Shown in pieces: positions 23,384 through 35,829 of a stretch of 64,000 nt of DNA. The position numbers and the translations under genes are program-made. Below the pieces are notes generated by a model that was not told the origin of the DNA, ran no database searches, and saw nothing but the letters and a program-made list of their open reading frames with translations. Numbering within the stretch: the stretch's first letter is position 1; every line of letters begins with the position of its first letter. The stretch covers positions 124,001 through 188,000 of the forward strand of contig RDEW01000031.1 of the NCBI GenBank assembly GCA_011109175.1, given 5' to 3'. The DNA is from Dicyema japonicum. Its lineage: Eukaryota; Animalia; Dicyemida.

Positions 23384-26070
23384 GGCGCATGCGGTTTACC
23401 TGTTGTTGTGTTGGCGCCCGGTGCAAGTTTTGCACAAAAAGAACCGTTTGAACTTCTCCACCCCTTTACGTCTTTTGGAAGGGTGGCCTACCAATTTCGT
23501 CGTTCCCAATTTGCTACTCCCGGCTGGAGACATCAGACTTAACCCTGGTCCTGATTCCACGTTGGTCATTCTCCAACTCAATGTCAATGGAATCCGTAAT
23601 TAAAGTACTGGAGCTACATTCCCTCTTGGCCCGTTTGAAAGTGGACATTGCCATTATTCAGGAATTCTAAACTCTCCAGGTCATCCGCCACCCCACGCAT
23701 CCCTGGCTACAATATACTCCGAAAGGACCAGACATGAAGTCTCGGTGGAGGATTATTGACATATTTTTAGGGAGGGTCTTTTGTTCACCGATGTCACCTC
23801 GTTTGTATCTTCTCTTTGCGAAGGAGACCCTATTCTGGAGCAAATTTATATTGAAGTTCCTTTCTCACCCTCAAGACGTTTTACACTGTGCAATATTTAT
23901 ATCCCACCTCAGAGTTCGTCGACTTAAAGATCTGGTATTATGCGGCGACCTAAATGCCAAACATCCACTCTGGCTCCGGACACAATCAGCCTTTCATTAC
24001 TTAATGATTTGACTATCCTCAATGACCCGGACGCTTACACAAAGACCCCGACCCGCAGAAAGAACAGTCCAAATCCTCTGACCTGTTTCTCTGCTCTCCT
24101 TTCTAGGGCTGGATATATTTCATAAAATGTTCGTTATGGTTTCTCAAGCGACCATAACCTCATTGTGTTGAAACTTAGAAGGCTTACTTGTTCACTTTGT
24201 TGTTCTACAAAGTTCAAAAAATTATTTGAAGGCAGACTGGCAAGTTTTCAGGGCCTATGTGGACAATAGTCTGTTTTATCTTACTATGGATAATTGTACA
24301 GTAGAGAAGACGGCCAAGATTCTGTCTGCTATCGTTTTGAAAGCTGATAAATTATTTTATACCTCTCGCCTTACAAGATGTTCAATCCAAAGATTATTAT
24401 CGCAAATTGTGTCACTCATAAAGAAACGAGATGCGCTTGAAGAGAAACAGGACGCAGTTCAATAACTCCTTTAATTCTATACGTTCACTGAATATCAAAT
24501 TATCTGAACTTATCGAATTAACAAGAGACTCAAATAGAGCCGTCTAGTTGGACGACTGTCACAAAAACTCGTGCCACATTTTTGGAAAACGCTATAAGAA
24601 GAATCAATAGCCTTATCAATGAGGAGGACTGCGGTACTGAGGCCGTTACCCGCAACGCTTCGGAACCCACTCGCATACTTGCAAACAAGATTATAAGTAC
24701 TACGTACCGATCAGTCATAAAGATTTACCATACGCTACCTAATATAGGGAGAATTCCCTGATTACGCCAATTCTAAAGCCTGGAAAACCAAAAGACGTTC
24801 CCTCTTCTTACCGCTTCGTCTCACTAACTTGTGTTTTTTTTCAAAAGTGCTGGAAAAAACTTGTATTAATGCATATCTCTCCGTTCTACAACTACCAAAA
24901 TTTTAACATCAGGGCAGACCGTTCTACACGACTCATTTGGGTTCTATCTCACAGTTTATTACTGACGGCTTCAACATGAGAACACACTTACGGACGGCCT
25001 TAGTATCCATCGATATGCAGAAGGCCTTTGATTCTGTTCCGAGAAAACTCTTAACGCATAAGATTTTTAATTCGAACTTACATCCTAATTTCAAGCTTAG
25101 GCTGGAAAATTTCTTAACTGTGCGACGCAGAAGGGTCCGGATTGACAAACCACTTCAAAAGCAAGACTACTCCCCAATGGGGTCCTGCAAGGATCCCCTT
25201 TATCTCCTCTCCTTTTCAACCTATTTCTACATGACCTACCTACTACCAATGACCAGGACACTATGTTTTTATCCTATATGGACGACTTAATTATCGTTGA
25301 CAGAGATAAATCTTCTTCCGTGGCTGAAGCAATTGTTTAGTCACGCCTAAAACCGGGTATGTGACTGGCTATCTGCAAATATGTTATGTGTCAGCATCTG
25401 AATCTCATTTCACCATTTTCATTACTGATAGAATATTTAAGGATAGACTCGAACTGTTTTTGGAGATACTTCTATTCCTTCCTCTACGCGGACCCAGAAA
25501 ATCGTTGGGGTAGTTTTCGACTCTCTGATGACGTTCTCGAGTCATGTAAAGGAGGTGCTTGCCAAGGATCTTCGGAAATAGAACATTTTTAAAAGCGATC
25601 ATAAAGAAGAGCTTTTCTCCCCTGCTGCTTGCGTCAACAAGGTCTACCAACAAGTCATTGTTCCTACTATTGAATATGTTTGCTCCGCCTGGAGATTTGC
25701 CATTCCCTTTTCGAGAATTGATCGTTTGAACTCTCTCTGGCGGAAAATTATGCACCACACTGACATCTCCATTGGCGGCCTCGTTTCTGATGAGGCGACG
25801 TTGAAGAATAGCCAGGGTTTCCTACGTTTTTGCAAGGAACTGAGAAACCCATTCAAGGAAAAGGTGGCCCATGCAGAGGAAATTCGGTCGATTATAAAAA
25901 AGTGCACGCCGATTGAATTCATATGCAGAAGGAAGAGAAGGCGCTTCTGGAATGCGTTTGGGTCATCAAAAGATCAGGCGAAGAGAGTTCGGATGTGTTG
26001 GAGCTGGGATCACCTAATTAGTTAGTTTTGACCTATCTTTCTTGGTGGTCTTGGAGTTAAACAAATACAA
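23384..26070 (+). mobile_element. Degenerate Ingi-like LINE: HDV-like fold, 2A-like motif, APE, RT, 3' tail
   Basis: LLLPAGDIRLNPGP followed by VILQLNVNG, IAIIQE, LCGDLNAKH, SIDMQKAFDSV and YMDD-like RT remnants; family tail at 26006-26069. Confidence 0.8.
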
Positions 26071-26074
26071 TTGG

Positions 26075-26490
26075 GAGACGTCCAAAACCGAACAACTTGG
26101 ACTAGATTCTTTTCACCGAAGACAACTTAGATCCTTACTAGGGCAGAATTGGCCAACAAGAATAAACAAAGAATTACTATATAATAGATTGTACGGGTCC
26201 ACTGAGTCTCAAAATTGTTAATATGCGTTGGAAACTATTTGGAAATATCTTACGAATGGACTTGGGTACTCCAACTAACATAGCAATGGAGGATTACTTC
26301 ATAAAACAGGGACCTTGTTTCCGTGGATGTCGCCGTGTTACACTTCAAGAAACACTTGATGAAGATCTTAAGCTTGTGAACAGAAGTCTAAAAAGAGGTG
26401 ACGATCTAAAGAGTTGAGGAAACTTTCTTACGATCGAAGAGGTTGGTTCAGAGGATTGTTTCGAATGCTGCACGAGTAAAATTATAACTA
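26075..26490 (+). mobile_element. RTE-X-like LINE 3' fragment
   Basis: LDSFHRRQLR and RWKLFGNILR...AMEDYF...LDEDLK, homologous to 9658-10300. Confidence 0.75.
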
Positions 26491-26518
26491 TCATGGTTCT
26501 ACGCATGTTGCCTTAATA

Positions 26519-28095
26519 ATACAGTCCAACCTCGTTATGTGTGGAAACCAAAACTGCGGGAAAAACCTTGATTTTGGGGAGATTTTATCATTGAAATTTC
26601 TTTTAATAATAAACCCCCAAATGGGGAAAACTAGTAACGAAATACAGCTCGACCTCGTTCTGGGGAAACACAAACTACGGATAAACCTCAATTTAGTTGT
26701 GATTTATCATTTGACTTGTGATATGAATTTTTATTAATAAAACCCCAAATTGGGAAAATTAGCAACGAAGTTTAAACCCAGTTTTATTTAACCAACGAAA
26801 AAGTTAATATCTAGCAATCAACAACCATCCTCGCCAGCCTCCTAGCTAGGTTCGATTCTGGTTACTAAAACAGCTCCGAGAGCGAATTGAGTCATCTGCC
26901 CATATGATATCTGCTAGCTCTCCTCCTATATTCCAGTGTCAGGCTCTCTAGGGTCCGCTTTAATACAGTGGCTAGATCTTCCTATCTACCGCTAACTGTT
27001 TTTGGATGACCCTTGTGGTACTTGTTGCAATTACTTCCCAGTTCATTACGATTGCAATAACGAGGACCTTGAAACCAAACATCTGACCTATCTCATTTGC
27101 AATGATGTCATTACAATGTTTTTAATGTAGTCAAACAGGAAACTCCTGAAAATTTTCTTAAACTAAGCAGATATTGTGCATTACGAAAAAAATAACAAAA
27201 TAACGTGAAAATGACAGATTTATTTATCAAAAAATAAAAATCTAATGATTCATTTTGTTTTTAATATGTCGCCTGATCTGTTATAACAATATTAAATAAA
27301 CCTCTATGTGGTTGTTCTACAAAATTTGAGTAATTTTACCTTGTTTTTATATGGAGATTCAAATCTGTTCAACTTGGGGGTTGGATTAGTCCCATAATCC
27401 TTTAAAACTCGTATCTAAAATTATTCACTAAAAATATTTCACTCCCAATTGAAAAATCATATTTTGATTATGAATGTTCATTCTTTTGTTCATCCGCTTA
27501 AAATAAGCTGAATTTAGATTGGTGGAAAAAAAATTCAGATCAAAATGATCTGCATCTAAGTTTTTTAGCGTACTTTATACAATATTATCTGAAACATTTG
27601 AAATATGTTCTACGTCAATATCCTCTGATGATCGTGGAAAAACATCATCGAACTCTCACTTTCTATGAAATTAAAAAATAATAAACTTTTATGCTCATTA
27701 ATGACTGTGTTTATTCCAGAAACTCCTCTCATTTTTATAAATGGAGTTTCATTTATAGAGAATGAATCGTTATTTCAAACGTTATTTAATGAATTTTTTT
27801 CCAGTTTTTAGTTGATTGAAAATTTCTTGTCATTGATTAAAAAAACACATGTAAAATATTCATGAATAACGGCAAAATATATTATATATTTCCGACATGA
27901 GTAAAAATGATTAAAGCCACATTAAGTATGACATCTGACAGCGTTTGACAGGGGATGTGTAGCCAGCATAGGACGCGACATAATACATTTATTATAAAAG
28001 TAAATTTTCAATATTTTTATTTAGCTTTTAAAAAGACCATCATTTTTTGGGAAAACCTCAAATTGGGGAATTTTTGCCCCATTTCGGGGTCGAAC
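26519..28095. mobile_element. pogo/Tc1-mariner-like DNA transposon remnant
   Basis: TA+cagtccaacctcg and TA+cagctcgacctcg left ends (26519, 26643), right end cggggtcgaactg, and repeated aaaccccaaattggg subterminal motifs. Confidence 0.45.
26810..27125 (-). mobile_element. R4-like RLE-end fragment
   Basis: Minus translation NDIIANEIGQMFGFKVLVIAIVMNWEVIAT, typical of the C-terminal RLE region of this family. Confidence 0.5.
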
Positions 28096-28664
28096 TGAAA
28101 TAACACTATCATATAAACAAAATGTCAAATATACTAATTTAGCTTCCACATGTGCACATGAGACTATCATCCGGTCATTCACATCATAACATTTGTAGAT
28201 TGAATTCCAATAACTCTTGTGAATAGAGAATCCCTGGCCATAGTAATGAGATTCTATCGTATGAGGATGATTCGGTAGTCATTATGTAACTCATCTAGTC
28301 CACACGTAACTTTCGTATCTTGAAAGCACTCAATAGTGGTACTATAGTATTCACGTCCAGGAATGAGATTATTCATTAGGAAATATCGTTGACATTAAAT
28401 GACAGAACGGTAAAATCCTCTGATAGCCTTATATGTGATCAAGACTTCGTGCAATTGAGTCGCGTAGCGATTAGTTTTCCAAATCGTCACGATTAGTTTC
28501 TAGTAACTCAACCAAAATTAACGTAGCGATTAGTTTTCCAAATCGTCTAACATTAACTCTACGAAATTATTATTGTCAGGATTGCTAAAAACCAACAAAT
28601 TAATATATAATTGAAAAAAAATATTAAATTAGTTTTAAAATAAATTATTAATTTATTATGATTC

Positions 28665-30831
28665 ATGTGTGACGGCAGTTTTCAATTAGACGAAGACCAA
28701 TACAGGAAACAAATTCAAAAGAAAAATCCACCATATCATTGTCCTCTTCAAGGATGCAGGACGACATACAACAGCTTAGAAGGATTTAAAATGCACTATA
28801 AAAATATTCACAATCTGGAAATTGGTAGATAAATTTATATTAATTTAAAAGAAAAGCAAAAAAGATTTAAAATTAATCCCGATAATGTAAGGACAAGAAT
28901 GACCTTTGAAGAGTCTCAGCGATTTGTAGAATTTGATTGTTCTGGAACATTAAGGAGGGTAAGCATCTTCGACGAGCTGCCTTTGAAATTGACTGGCGAA
29001 CCGAAAGCAATTTTTAAAATAAAATTTTTTAGAAATTAAATTTTGTCATTCCGAAGATCTCAGTTGAACCTGTGGAACTGTATAAATATGAGAAAATGTC
29101 AAATCTTCATTACGATATTGATGAGCAGGTTTATTATGGTCTGAAATGACAGGATTTGTGTTGGTTAAAAATAATGAATGACAAGGGCGTGGAAATAAGC
29201 GAAGGTGAGTTCAGGCGAGTAATGGAATGGCTGGAGAAGGAGTGCAAGGTATAATATTTAACAAACCTGCAGAGAGGGTCGTCAAATGCTTACGGAGAAG
29301 ATGCATTCTGTGCGGTTTGTATGGAGGGAAGCTCATGTTGCACAAATTCAATCGTATTTTGTGACCGTTGTAATTTATCCGTTCATCAAGACTGTTATGG
29401 AATTCCTCATATTCCAGAAGGTCCTTGGATTTGTAATTATTGCCTTGAAATGCCTGACTCCACTCCCACGTGTTGTCTCTGTCCAAATCAGGGTGGTGCT
29501 GTTAAAAAGTGTATGGAAAACGACAGTTGGGCTCACATTCTTTGTGCACTGTTTATTCCCAATATTACCTTCGGAGATCATACTCTTATGCAACCGATAA
29601 AAGGTGTTAACGGAAGTTTTCGACGGCTCACGTGCTGCATCTGTAAATCAAAAGACGTCGGAATTTCGATTCAATGCTGTAAGGGATGTTGCTTCAGAGC
29701 ATTTCACGTCACGTGCGCTCAGAAATCAAACTTTACTCTTGAAATGAAAATTTCTGGCAGTTCTAATGTAAAGTTGCTTGCATTTTGTGACAAACATTCT
29801 ATCAACAGTACCCGGGAAAGTTCGCCCACAACAAGGAAATTTAGTATTGCTGTTCGACCCAAAGAGAACTCGAAATTTCCTCCGCCTTTGGTAATTCCTC
29901 AAATATCTCCAAGAAAGTATTGATGTAAATAAATATGCTAGAATTGATTTGATGAAATTGAAAATGCATGAAAAATACAAGGATGAAGCTTATTCCAAAA
30001 TATATTCCTATTGGACTATCAAACGGATGTGTCGCTCAGGAATGCCGCTGATTCGCAGACTTAGTTTATTAGACAGTAATTTGAATGTTGAACATGTTTC
30101 TCCAACAAAAGAAGCTTCTGACAAAAAAGAATCTTCTTCAAAATCGAATTCATTTGGAATTATCGTTAAATGCCGACATAATGCTGAAAAGCTGAGATTG
30201 TTGGTTGAGCTTGTAAAGAGAAGAGAAAAGCTGAAATTTGACCTTGTTTTTTTAATTTCTCAGTTTTAGATTCAAAATTGCCAGAAAATATCCGAAGTTT
30301 GCCTACGACCTTCCTTCAATTTCTTTGCAAGTTTGCTAGAAAAACTCGTGGCCTTGGATTCCAAATATGAAATCTTAAAAATCCTGTAAATGTATGAGTT
30401 TTGATTTGACATTTATGCAGATTCCTGAATATCTTGAAATTATTAAAAATCCAATGGATTTTTCAACTATGAAGAAAAACTTAAAAAGTGGAAAATATTT
30501 AAATCTCAAAACCTTTTTATCCGATTATCGTTTGATTTTAAGCAACTGTTTATCTTTCAATGGTAAAAATACAATTTTTCACAGAGAAGCAAGTAAACAG
30601 CGTAAATTGGTTGCGAATTAAATTTATTTGTAGAGTTCTAGCATTATTAATGAAGCTGTTCGGTCTTATAAAAGCATTATGAGTCATGGCGGTTTTAAGA
30701 TAAGCAATGATATTATCCATCACTTACCTGAAATTGGTGATGAATTCACAAGTAATACAAATTTTGAAATTGAATCGATTACTCCGCAGAATCCCAAACG
30801 AAAATTAACTGATTATTTTCTAAATTCATGA
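28665..30831 (+). CDS. BRPF1: Peregrin/BRPF-family bromodomain-PHD protein, multi-exon
   Basis: N-terminal C2H2 finger (PPYHCPLQGC...H...H), EFDCSGTLRRVSIFD, PZP module (CAVC...CDRCNLSVHQDCYG...CCLCPNQGGA...HVTCA), RHNAEKLRLLVELVKRREKLK and bromodomain (YLEIIKNPMDFSTM...NCLSFN). Confidence 0.93.
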
Positions 30832-30887
30832 AAATAATTGATTATTTCAATATTTTTTGTAAATAAATGATCTATCCTTTAGTTATT

Positions 30888-30889
<2 letters not shown>

Positions 30890-30932
<43 letters not shown>
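30890..30932 (-). repeat. 43-nt T homopolymer (A43 on minus strand)
   Basis: Counted directly; minus-strand AATAAA lies at 30941-30946. Confidence 0.9.
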
Positions 30933-30934
<2 letters not shown>

Positions 30935-31089
30935 TCAATTTTTATTAATATTCTTTTCCTTAAACTTTTTTTTCTTACCTTCACTTTTTGGAATACCTCA
31001 CATAAAATTATTTTATGTTTAAAATCGACAGCGTTTTGGAAATGACAATTTTATTATTTTAGGAAATGAATTATGCAAAGAGGATGCAT

Positions 31090-32800
31090 TCTATCTGTTG
31101 ATTTAATTTGTGAGACTGTCATCCCACTGACTCTGCCGAACGGATTAAGCTGGATAAATATTCTGCGTTTGAGTACCGTTTCGTCCAATCGCGTTTGAGA
31201 CTTGATGTGTCTGTCACTAGAGGTGTTTTTGGAAGTCCTAGCTCTTTAAGTTGAAAGATTTTCGGGAGCGGCGTTAGTTCCTTGGACGCATCGGAATTGC
31301 TATCATTAACGGGAATTCTCACTGTCTCATGGCAGCTGGTCTCTGATTTGTTTCTTTCTAATAATAAATTTGAAATTTGTTTATTTCTGACAGCTCTAAA
31401 ATAAAAAAATTGAGGAAAAAGTCAAAAGATATTTGTCTAATTACTCCGGATATGTCTGAAATGTTTTATCGAGTTCGCCAGTCGGATTGAAACGTATCCT
31501 TTCCAAGTATTCTCCATTTTGGAACCCGTTTGTTGGATTAAGAAAGAAAAAGATTATTTTAGGATACCGGCCAGGTATTGGGCGTCTCTTGAGTTAGGTG
31601 AATCTAATGACGTCTCTAGGAATTGAATAAGCAAAGAGCAGATTAGAAATCTTTCGACCAGCAGGTTGTGAGTAAGAATCGAATCCACAGGTATACTTAT
31701 CATCAGTATTGACATGCCCTGGAATAAATTGATGAAATCAACTCAGATACATCGAAAAAACGTTACCAGTTAAAAATTGATTAAAACGTATCAAATTCCC
31801 AAGATTGTAGGAGCAGATAGTCCTCCCAATATCAAATACAATTTTATACAGAACCAACGAAAAAAGATGAATATATTAATCCTTGCAGTAATGATAATCT
31901 CTCCTATGAAGTTTGGGAGCAAATAATCCATATTTAATGCCTCTTGACACTGAGCGTCACCTAAGACAAGTGGATTACATAAATCACTCAGTAAATCGAA
32001 AAATGATAGGAAAAAGTCGATCATCCAATAGATAATTAATTAAAAAAACGCTTTTAGAAATGTTTGAACAACAAAAAATTAACTAGCCATTAATCTAACC
32101 TTCGATCAACTCATTTCTTGTTTTCAATAAGCAGAATGACAGTTATTGACTTCATTACTTCAAATAAATACATTTTCCTTACAGTAGATTTTCCATAATA
32201 GAAAAAAGAACTCCGTAATTTACTTCTTTATAAATTTCAACCTGTTGATTCTGAATTTGAAGCTTTCTCTGTGTCTCCTGTAATTGTACTTTTAGCGAAT
32301 CCACTAAATAGAATACTAGATCAAACATTTTTTATTTTTTTGATCAATAAGATTTTGAAGTTGTTTCATTCTTTCTTGGCAAGGCTGGGAGACTAATTTT
32401 GTTAAAATAAAATAAAAACACTTAAATTTCTATATTTTCTAAAATTATCTGCAATTTCCTTTAAATTTTCGACAATTTTTGAACTTGGCTTTAAAAAAAT
32501 AAAACTTGTTGCAAATCTGAGAATCCAAAGCTTTGTTCGAACTGATCTTGACATCTTCAATATTGTTTTGTCGAGAATTCCACGTTTGATTCACTTCTTT
32601 AAATTAAGGTTTAAAAAGTCTAATTTTCGAATTTCAACAGATTGTTCATCTAAATAATATTTTTGCAAACCTTTTTTATTCTGTAAGGATAATTCAGCTT
32701 TTTTAAAGTGGTTATAAACTAATATCAACATTAGAGTACGTTTAGTGTATTCTGAAATTAATTTGTCTAATTTTTTATTTAGAATTTCTATCTTCATTTC
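31090..32800 (-). CDS. Putative multi-exon gene of unknown product (coiled-coil-like N-terminus)
   Basis: Minus ORFs 32591-32797 and 31119-31322, with open segments between them separated by short GT-AG introns. Confidence 0.4.
31550..31670 (-). mobile_element. Fragment of Ingi-derived element (pseudoknot region)
   Basis: gacgtca-t-tagattc-acc...agacgcc-caa-tacctggccggta is homologous to 5184-5246. Confidence 0.55.
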
Positions 32801-32989
32801 TAAATTTGGTGGTTCTATTTGAATTTAACATAATTCCAAACCTTTGGCAAGTTCATTTATTAATTTTTTGAGTTCGATGAGTTTACCATAAGCGATATGA
32901 ATTAATTTACCGCCATTTAATTGAAATTCAAAATAAGTATAAAAATAATTTAAAAATAATTTTATATATAAATAATTTTGTTAATAAGC

Positions 32990-33710
32990 GAAAAAATATG
33001 ACCCTAAAATTTTATCAATGCCAATGTTTTCAAAGAGTAAGGCTACTCTTTGTGCATCCTATGAGGTTATTTTTTTCTTTCTATTTGCAAAATAGGTTGC
33101 AATATAATTGGAAAAATAAAACGCTTCCCTCTTAGGTAAACTTCTAATGAAGTTATTTGTTGTCTCCATGTGAGAAATTCTTCTTGGAGCTGATTTTTCA
33201 TCTAAATTTAAAGACGTTTCCTTCAGATGATAGGATATTTCGTAGAATTCAAGATATGGAAGGTGATATTTTGTATCAGACATTGAAGCGTGTTAATGAA
33301 AGTCTGGGCGCTTCCACAAGTCCATTAGTGTTATTGTTGGTCCTGGATAGGATTTGATTGATATATCAACAAGCTGGTCAGATGAGAAGTGCCAAAACTC
33401 TGATCCATCCAAGAGGTGAAAATGTCCGAAAGGAATTGTGATATTATTCGTCGGGAATCTCTATAGAGGGTTTCCTCTGAATCATATCTCGTCCAAGAGG
33501 GGACGCCGTCCAACTGGGCGCTTCTTTTATTCAACAAAGAACCATAGTGTTATTAAGAAGATTCACGATTTATAGCTTATAGAGACTTCTGAGCGGGTAT
33601 CAGGGTGCCTTCCCAAGAGATATGGTGTTCTGGTTCTGTACTTTCCGTTTAAGATAGGAGCTATCATACAATTTTTGTGTTCCTTATTTGAATAATTCCG
33701 TTGAGACTGT
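32990..33710 (-). mobile_element. R4-like N-terminal fragment
   Basis: Decayed ORFs 33331-33537 and 33059-33283 resemble the pre-RT region at 880-1200. Confidence 0.4.
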
Positions 33711-33724
33711 ACAGGAACTGAATA

Positions 33725-34044
33725 TAATAATAATACTTTTCACCAGAGCCATAATTTATAGCTCCGCATAGGCATAGTGGTTAGGTGTCGGGCAAAGTGG
33801 CTTAGGTTACGAGTTCGATTCTCGTTGCTGTTCACCTGGTGGAGGGTTCCACGCATCTACGATGCTAAAAGGGCTTGACGAGTGACGCCGTCATCAGTGG
33901 ACATTCACTGGGGAACTGGATAGTCTAAAAAGGACCCACAGACTAGAAAAAGAAAAAAAAGAATTGAAGATCATTCCTTGGTTCTACGATTAGTTAAAAT
34001 TAACTGTACTTTAGTTGAATAAATTGTGTGTCCTGCCTATGAGG
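33725..34044 (+). mobile_element. SINE family A with its 3' tail inverted at the left end
   Basis: 33725-33767 is the reverse-complemented tail; 33768-34044 is the forward head and body; TSD aggaactgaata at 33713-33724 / 34045-34056. Confidence 0.85.
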
Positions 34045-34240
34045 AGGAACTGAATAATAGTATCGATGAATTCGGCTCTATATAAAGTAAGATAAATAAA
34101 ATTTAATTTAAAAATGTTATAATGAAATTTAATGCTAATTATTTTAATACAAACTTAACAGAGTTAGAGTAAACTAAGTTTAAAGCATATCATAATATTG
34201 CTTGCATGATAAAAATTAGAAAAACTCGAGGAATTGTGTT

Positions 34241-35242
34241 AGCTTCAACACAGAGAAGAGAGTGGTGCTCTTAAGAAGAGAGGGCAGCCACCGAAAAAAA
34301 CCAGAAGTAGTCAGGATAACCCTGATTAATGCCCGTTCTCTTTGGAAACGGGCCTCAGTGCTGGTTGCTCTAGCCAGCACGATCCAGATGGATGTTCTAA
34401 TTATAAACGAAACTAAATTATGGAAGATGCCCAAAGGCTGTTGAAGCTAACATTGCGAAGAAAAACAAAATTGACCAAAAAAGGAAAGAATCGAATGGAA
34501 AATTATTTCTAAAACGAGAAAATGCCCATAATGGAGAAAGTGAAGTTTCCAAAACTGGAACTAATAAGAAATTAAAGTCAGAGTTTAGAATGTATGGGCA
34601 GACTGGCTGGAATACGACATATAATAAGAAACCTTCTAAAAAAGAAACAGTAGAAGCTTCAACACAGAGAAGAGAGTGGTGCTCTTAAGAAGAGAGGGCA
34701 GCCACCGAAAAAACCAGAAGTAGTCAGGATAACCCTGATTAATGCCCGTTCTCTTTGGAAACGGGCCTCAGTGCTGGTTGCTCTAGCCAGCACGATCCAG
34801 ATGGATGTTCTAATTATAAACGAAACTAAATTATGGAAGATGCCCAAAGGCTGTTGAAGCTAACATTGCGAAGAAAAACAAAATTGACCAAAAAAGGAAA
34901 GAATCGAATGGAAAATTATTTCTAAAACGAGAAAATGCCCATAATGGAGAAAGTGAAGTTTCCAAAACTGGAACTAATAAGAAATTAAAGTCAGAGTTTA
35001 GAATGTATGGGCAGACTGGCTGGAATACGACATATAAAAAAACCTTCTAAAAAAGAAACAGTAGAAGCTTCAACACAGAGAAGAGAGTGGTGCTCTTAAG
35101 AAGAGAGGGCAGCCACCGAAAAAACCAGAAGTAGTCAGGATAACCCTGATTAATGCCCGTTCTCTTCGGAAACGGGCCTCAGTGCTGGTTGCTATAGCCA
35201 GCACGATCCAGATGGAAGTTCTAATTATAAATGAAACTAAAT
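34241..35242 (+). repeat. Tandem repeat with ~412-bp period (2.4 units) containing a LINE APE N-terminus
   Basis: Units start at 34241, 34655 and 35066; each encodes VRITLINARSL...DVLIINETKL. Confidence 0.9.
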
Positions 35243-35508
35243 TGAAGCACATGGATTGGATTTAGCATCTGAAATTGATGACGAATACGAAAGAAAAACG
35301 AGAAGAATTGGTGATTTATTACATTGCTTGTGGAAACTCGCATTGTAATTGGGGCTTTTTACGGAGAAGAGACATACGGTGTCTCATGAGAGTGCCCCGA
35401 TAGAGACGACCCCAAATCTTGGCTTTCCTCTTTAGTTAATGGCTCTTACCTTGTTTAGTTAGTTGGGGTTTTGCGAATAAATCATGTTATCTATCTATCT
35501 AAAATTTT

Positions 35509-35685
35509 AAGACTATACTTCTAGGGATCATTTCTAGAGTTTGTCTTGAGAGAACGCTTTTCTAAAGTGTTCCCACACCAAACTGTGATGATGCTGTATA
35601 CCTTTATAGCCTTTTCGTGACGCTTCGATCACTATATGGTCGAATGAAAGATCTGTCGTGGCTTTGGAGGTTTCTGAGCAGTTTG
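35509..35685 (+). ncRNA. SNORD3: U3 snoRNA
   Basis: 5' AAGACTATACTTCTAGGGATCATTTCT matches the U3 GAC box/box A'/box A. Box C' TGATGA and box D CTGA are closed by the terminal stem caaactg/cagtttg; box B-like CGTGA and two internal hairpins are present. Confidence 0.88.
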
Positions 35686-35829
35686 TAAAAGTATATAAAA
35701 TGACTTGGTTCAAATTATTAAGCAAAAGAATATTTACTGGCAAAACTTGTCTTAGGTTTTTATTGAAACGAAGTGAAGGAAGGAAACTCAAATAAAGAGA
35801 ATACTTTTAAATAAAAAACTGTTAATTTG

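Noticed and set aside
28180-28440. Possible Merlin/IS1595-like transposase remnant
   Set aside because: Similarity is too weak; no DDE motif or TIRs found.
35534-35791. Minus-strand 85-aa ORF initially resembling an RT fragment
   Set aside because: It is antisense to the U3 snoRNA gene.
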